Origin: Deltaproteobacteria bacterium
GTDB lineage: Bacteria; SAR324; NAC60-12
Direction: 5' to 3'
Assembly (NCBI GenBank): GCA_038150265.1
Contig: JAYOTF010000045.1
Location: forward strand, 1 to 20,764
DNA: 20,764 nucleotides
The notes below the pieces were generated by a model. It was not told the origin of the DNA, searched no databases, and saw only the letters and a list, made by a program, of their open reading frames with translations. This document shows positions 17,258-20,764 of the stretch, one piece after another (position 1 is the first letter of the stretch; each line of letters starts with the position of its first letter). Made by a program: the position numbers and the translations under genes.

Positions 17258-18166
17258 ATGCGATTGGATGAAAGGCGAATTATCTCCGACTATAGACTTT
17301 TTTTGCAAGTTGAAAAACGATTATCCCCGCCGACCATAGCGCTTTACATCAAGACGACGGAGCATTTTCTGCAATTTTGTCAAAGCTTTAGCGAGCAGCT
17401 CGACCTTCCGGAAGAGCTCCAATGGCCGGACCTGGGACGTCGGGAAGTGGAGCGCTACCTTCAGCACATGCAGGCCCAGGAGCGCTGGAAGGTGAACACC
17501 TGTGCCACACGGCTTGTGGGGTTACGCTCCTTTTTCGGATACCTGGCTCAGCAGGGAATCCTGCGGGCGAATCCGATTCAGCATTACACCTGGACGCAGC
17601 CCTTTCCGGAACTGGAGCGCGAGGAGCAGGACCTGGAAGCCCTCCACCGTCTGCTTGAAGAGGCGCCAAGTGGCTTTGAACCGAACCGGAACCGGCTCCT
17701 GCTCGAGCTGGCCTACAGCTGCGGTTGGACCAGCAGCCAGTTGGCCCGGATCGAACAGATGACCCTGAATCGCGCCAAAACCGGGGTGCAGGTTCAGATG
17801 GGGCGGGAGCAGCGGGAGGTGCCACTCGGAGCCAGCGGACGCCAGCGACTGGCGCTGTACCGCAAGCAACAGCGGAAATTCACTGAAACTTCAGGGTTTT
17901 GGCTGAATGCGTGGGGCGAGGAACTCAGCGATCAGGCCATCCGGGAGATCCTCAAGCAGCAACTGAAGCCGCTGGGCCTGGGGCTCCGTCAGCTCCGGGA
18001 GCTGTCTGCTCAGGCGTTTCAGGAGCGTGGAGCAGACATCCGCTCCATCCAAACGTTTCGGGATGTCCGCTACGTCCGACGGATGCAGTCTCTGAAGCCT
18101 GAAGACTTTGAAGCGCTCCAGGACAAGTTTCAGAAACTGCACCCCCGACGGTCAGTGCCAGAATAG
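17258..18166 (+). CDS. XerC/XerD-like tyrosine recombinase homolog with degenerate catalytic motifs
   Basis: N-terminal integrase SAM-like domain (EKRLSPPTIALY, LRSFFGYL, NP), then RNRLLLELAYSCG, REVPLG and GADIRSIQ. Catalytic residues mostly replaced. Confidence 0.75.
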   Translation: MRLDERRIISDYRLFLQVEKRLSPPTIALYIKTTEHFLQFCQSFSEQLDLPEELQWPDLGRREVERYLQHMQAQERWKVNTCATRLVGLRSFFGYLAQQGILRANPIQHYTWTQPFPELEREEQDLEALHRLLEEAPSGFEPNRNRLLLELAYSCGWTSSQLARIEQMTLNRAKTGVQVQMGREQREVPLGASGRQRLALYRKQQRKFTETSGFWLNAWGEELSDQAIREILKQQLKPLGLGLRQLRELSAQAFQERGADIRSIQTFRDVRYVRRMQSLKPEDFEALQDKFQKLHPRRSVPE

Positions 18167-18808
18167 GGTCGTTTGCCACCCCTGGTCTTCATCGCCATAG
18201 CCATGAATGAGCAGGTTGACCATCCCCGGAAGCATGGCCTGGGCCTGTTCATTCAGCTCCTTCACCGTGGTCCCAGTCGAAAGCGGCGGACGATTCTCAA
18301 TCATTTCAGTGAGTTTGTTGTAGATGGCGACCAGGTAGAGGACATCGTTGGCCGCGTACTTCAACTGCTCCGCCGAGAGGTCGGAGCGGGACCAGTTGGT
18401 CTGCTGCTGCTCCTTCTCCATCTCCACTCCCAGCAGTTCCTTGCTGAGGTCCTTCAACCCATGACGCTGGCCATAGGTCCGGACCAGCTTGCTCATCACT
18501 TTGGTGCAGCGGAAGTTTTCCACCGTCACCCCCAGGGAGGTGTGAATGAACGCCACATCCGACAGCGCATAGTGGAAGAGCTTGATGACGTTCGGATCTG
18601 TCAGCAAGCGCTTCAGGTTAGGCGGGCATCCGCCTTCCGGACGAACCAAACAGACCTGCCCTTCGGCATCACAAATCTGGTTCAGGCAGATTTCATCTCG
18701 GTACAAGCGTAACCCGTGCATCTCGGAATCAATCGCGATGACTGGCTGCGCGAGGTAATGGTTCAGGAGCGCGTCCGGAATGTCAGACACTAGCTGGTAG
18801 TCACTCAT
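18152..18808 (-). CDS. RNase D-like DEDDy 3'-5' exonuclease (single domain)
   Basis: AIDSEMHGL (Exo I), KLFHYALSDV (Exo II), QQQTNWS and QLKYAANDVLYL (Exo III). GAGGA RBS upstream. Confidence 0.88.
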   Translation of the reverse strand: MSDYQLVSDIPDALLNHYLAQPVIAIDSEMHGLRLYRDEICLNQICDAEGQVCLVRPEGGCPPNLKRLLTDPNVIKLFHYALSDVAFIHTSLGVTVENFRCTKVMSKLVRTYGQRHGLKDLSKELLGVEMEKEQQQTNWSRSDLSAEQLKYAANDVLYLVAIYNKLTEMIENRPPLSTGTTVKELNEQAQAMLPGMVNLLIHGYGDEDQGWQTTLFWH

Positions 18809-18885
18809 GGCTTCCTCTTCGTGTGAGTTGATGGCTCTTAACCTAGCGCTTCTCCCGCGAAGATGCGATTTGAATCTCGGAATTC

Positions 18886-18923
18886 TTTATATGTACGAAA
18901 ATTAACATTATCGAACATATAAA
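18886..18923. promoter_or_regulatory. 38-bp AT-rich imperfect palindrome upstream of the exonuclease gene
   Basis: TTTATATGTACGAAAA-TTAACA-TTATCGAACATATAAA: 16-bp arms with 2 mismatches and a 6-bp centre. Confidence 0.5.
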
Positions 18924-19290
18924 TTTATCACCTTCATTTCCTCAGAGCCTCACCGAGCTCCGCCTTCCTGAGCCCAACCAGAGGTGGAGGAACATTCGCC
19001 CCGCTCTCCTCGCGCAGGCGAGCATCCGGCAGAGGGATGACCAATCAGGTCCGGACCTGATGAAGCGCGAATGCCGGCGCCGACCACTTGGAACCGCCGG
19101 AACCGTAAAACGCTCCAGCAGTCGAGTGGTGTCCGATCGAGATGCAGCAGGTGCCACTCAGGTCCAACCGGAGCTCGATGTCGCCACAGCAGGCAAAGCC
19201 CGTGAGGGGGAAGCCGGGTCGGAGCAGTTTCAAAAAGAAGGGAGCGGGACTGATCCGGGAACTCACTGAGCTCCCGGCCAGGAGGAGGTG

Positions 19291-20763
19291 TTAGATGCTG
19301 AGGGGATAATTGATCTGGGAGCCAAAAGCAGAAATGCCGGGAGCTTCATCGGTTGGATCAAAATTCTTGCGGACCGACTTACCGTAGACCGCAGGGTTCT
19401 TGATCAACTCCTCAAACAGCTTGAAGTACTCACTGACCAAACCGGACTCCTTTTCATCCGTCATGGCCTTTCGGTGTTCCCGCATCCGGGCCAGGGTGTC
19501 CTTCAGTCGGTTCTGGTCTTCATCGTAAACCGAAAGCATGACCAGGATCGCCAGCGCATGAGTCCGAGCGGTATTGGAAAGGCGGTCTTCCACCTCAACC
19601 AGATTCCGGATGGCTCGTTGCATCAATCCCTGGGCCATGGACGGGAAGCCCTTCAGCAGCTGAAGCTCCGCTTCCTGAATCAGACTGTAGGCGGCCAGTT
19701 GGAGCTGTCGACCACTTCCCGATTTGCCCAACTCGCTGAGAGTTGTGTGGGTTTCCACCGCAAGCTTCCAGGCATTCAGGCCATCATCAATTTCGCGCTC
19801 ATGAATCTCTGACCAGTTGCTCACATTGCCGTCCTGGAGCTGCCGGCGCGTTTTGACGCTGGTGATCCACTTGTGCTGAAAATCCGGAGTGTCGTCCTGA
19901 ATGGGAAGAACCGGTTGGCCGTGCACATAAAAGAGCCGGTGGTCTGGCGTGGCAAACAGGCACTGCGGACACACGGCAGGCTGGTAGTTCAGAAAGTTGA
20001 AACCGGCGGTCGAGTCCAGATCCCGCTGAAGGCTGGAAAAGCCGAAAATGTTGTAGACCGGCTCGGTTCCTTCAGCCGGGTACCACAGTTCAACCTCCTC
20101 ATTGCCGCAGGTGCGGCACACCCCATACACGCCCGTCATTTTTTCATTAACGGTCTTGAGCGGCTTGGCCGTGCCCTTCTGATAATTTCCGGGATAGAGC
20201 CGATGCAGGATTCCATGATTCAGGTTGATGCGGACCCCAAAGTCGACCTGCGCCAGGTAGCTGCCCGGCGACTGCTCGCTCGGCTTGGTCATCCGAACCT
20301 TGGCGGGCAACGGTGAGAAGTAGGTGTCGCAGGTTTCCTCGTCCTCTTCCAGGTGTCCCACCTCCAGCATCACCTGCAGCTCCTCCGGAAGATTCGCCTT
20401 CGAGGAAATCGTGCAGCCTGTTCGGGTGACGTCCATCAGGATCGCCGGAATTCGGTGCTTCCGAAAGGTCAACCGAGCCTGAAGCATTTCAGCAACCACC
20501 TTATGAGCTGCGGCCACCATGCGTTCCGCGACTTCTTCCGGAAACCCCAGCTTCTGGGTGACGCTCCGGAGAAACTCTTCCTCAGTGTCGGAAAACTCCT
20601 TGTCGACCACGGCCAGCTTGGTGAGCTCCTTCAAGATCGTGAACGCGGATTGCTTGTCCAGCCGGATGTCCTGAAGCTCTTCCAGTTCCCGACGCTTCAC
20701 CTGCGCAATCAATCGCTCGGCCGCAATGGAATCCAGGAACTCAACGTTTTTCCGGAGTTCCAC
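19291..20763 (-). CDS. Multi-domain protein: TerB-like, PilZ-like and DUF2225-like Zn-binding/helical region; probably 5'-partial
   Basis: LAVVDKEFSDTEEEFLRSVTQKLG (TerB-like); RLTFR...DVTRTG (PilZ RxxxR and DxSxxG-like); CRTC...NYQPAVCPQCLFA (DUF2225-like). The frame runs to the window edge. Confidence 0.62.
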   Translation of the reverse strand: MELRKNVEFLDSIAAERLIAQVKRRELEELQDIRLDKQSAFTILKELTKLAVVDKEFSDTEEEFLRSVTQKLGFPEEVAERMVAAAHKVVAEMLQARLTFRKHRIPAILMDVTRTGCTISSKANLPEELQVMLEVGHLEEDEETCDTYFSPLPAKVRMTKPSEQSPGSYLAQVDFGVRINLNHGILHRLYPGNYQKGTAKPLKTVNEKMTGVYGVCRTCGNEEVELWYPAEGTEPVYNIFGFSSLQRDLDSTAGFNFLNYQPAVCPQCLFATPDHRLFYVHGQPVLPIQDDTPDFQHKWITSVKTRRQLQDGNVSNWSEIHEREIDDGLNAWKLAVETHTTLSELGKSGSGRQLQLAAYSLIQEAELQLLKGFPSMAQGLMQRAIRNLVEVEDRLSNTARTHALAILVMLSVYDEDQNRLKDTLARMREHRKAMTDEKESGLVSEYFKLFEELIKNPAVYGKSVRKNFDPTDEAPGISAFGSQINYPLSI

Positions 20764-20764
20764 C

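Noticed and set aside
19044..19085. SRP RNA or hammerhead ribozyme (TCAGGTCCGGA, CTGATGA)
   Set aside because: The SRP continuation AGGAAGCAGC and the hammerhead GAAA core are absent.

Overview
Bacterial chromosomal window, GC-rich and visibly more so before ~13.2 kb. The left end (1-6228, +) is a tightly packed four-gene cassette that looks like a defence system: a retron-type reverse transcriptase (NAxxH, YADD, VTG) fused to a >660-aa unknown N-terminal region, a translationally coupled beta-class amino-DNA methyltransferase, a 311-aa hypothetical protein and a multi-domain Nudix protein. Next come a convergent outer-membrane-like protein and maf (-). A + strand sulfur/molybdenum cluster follows: a MoeB-rhodanese (MoeZ-like) gene with an in-frame UGA at a conserved Cys and a SECIS-like hairpin (probable selenoprotein), a long Str2-type cystathionine gamma-synthase-like enzyme and a lone xanthine/CO dehydrogenase-family Mo subunit. 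The right part carries ltaE, proA, a CheY-like regulator, a 59-aa Cys-rich protein missed by the ORF track, glnB, an apparently catalytically dead XerC-like protein, an RNase D-like exonuclease and a partial TerB/PilZ/DUF2225-like protein. All calls come from motif reading by eye; no searches were run.
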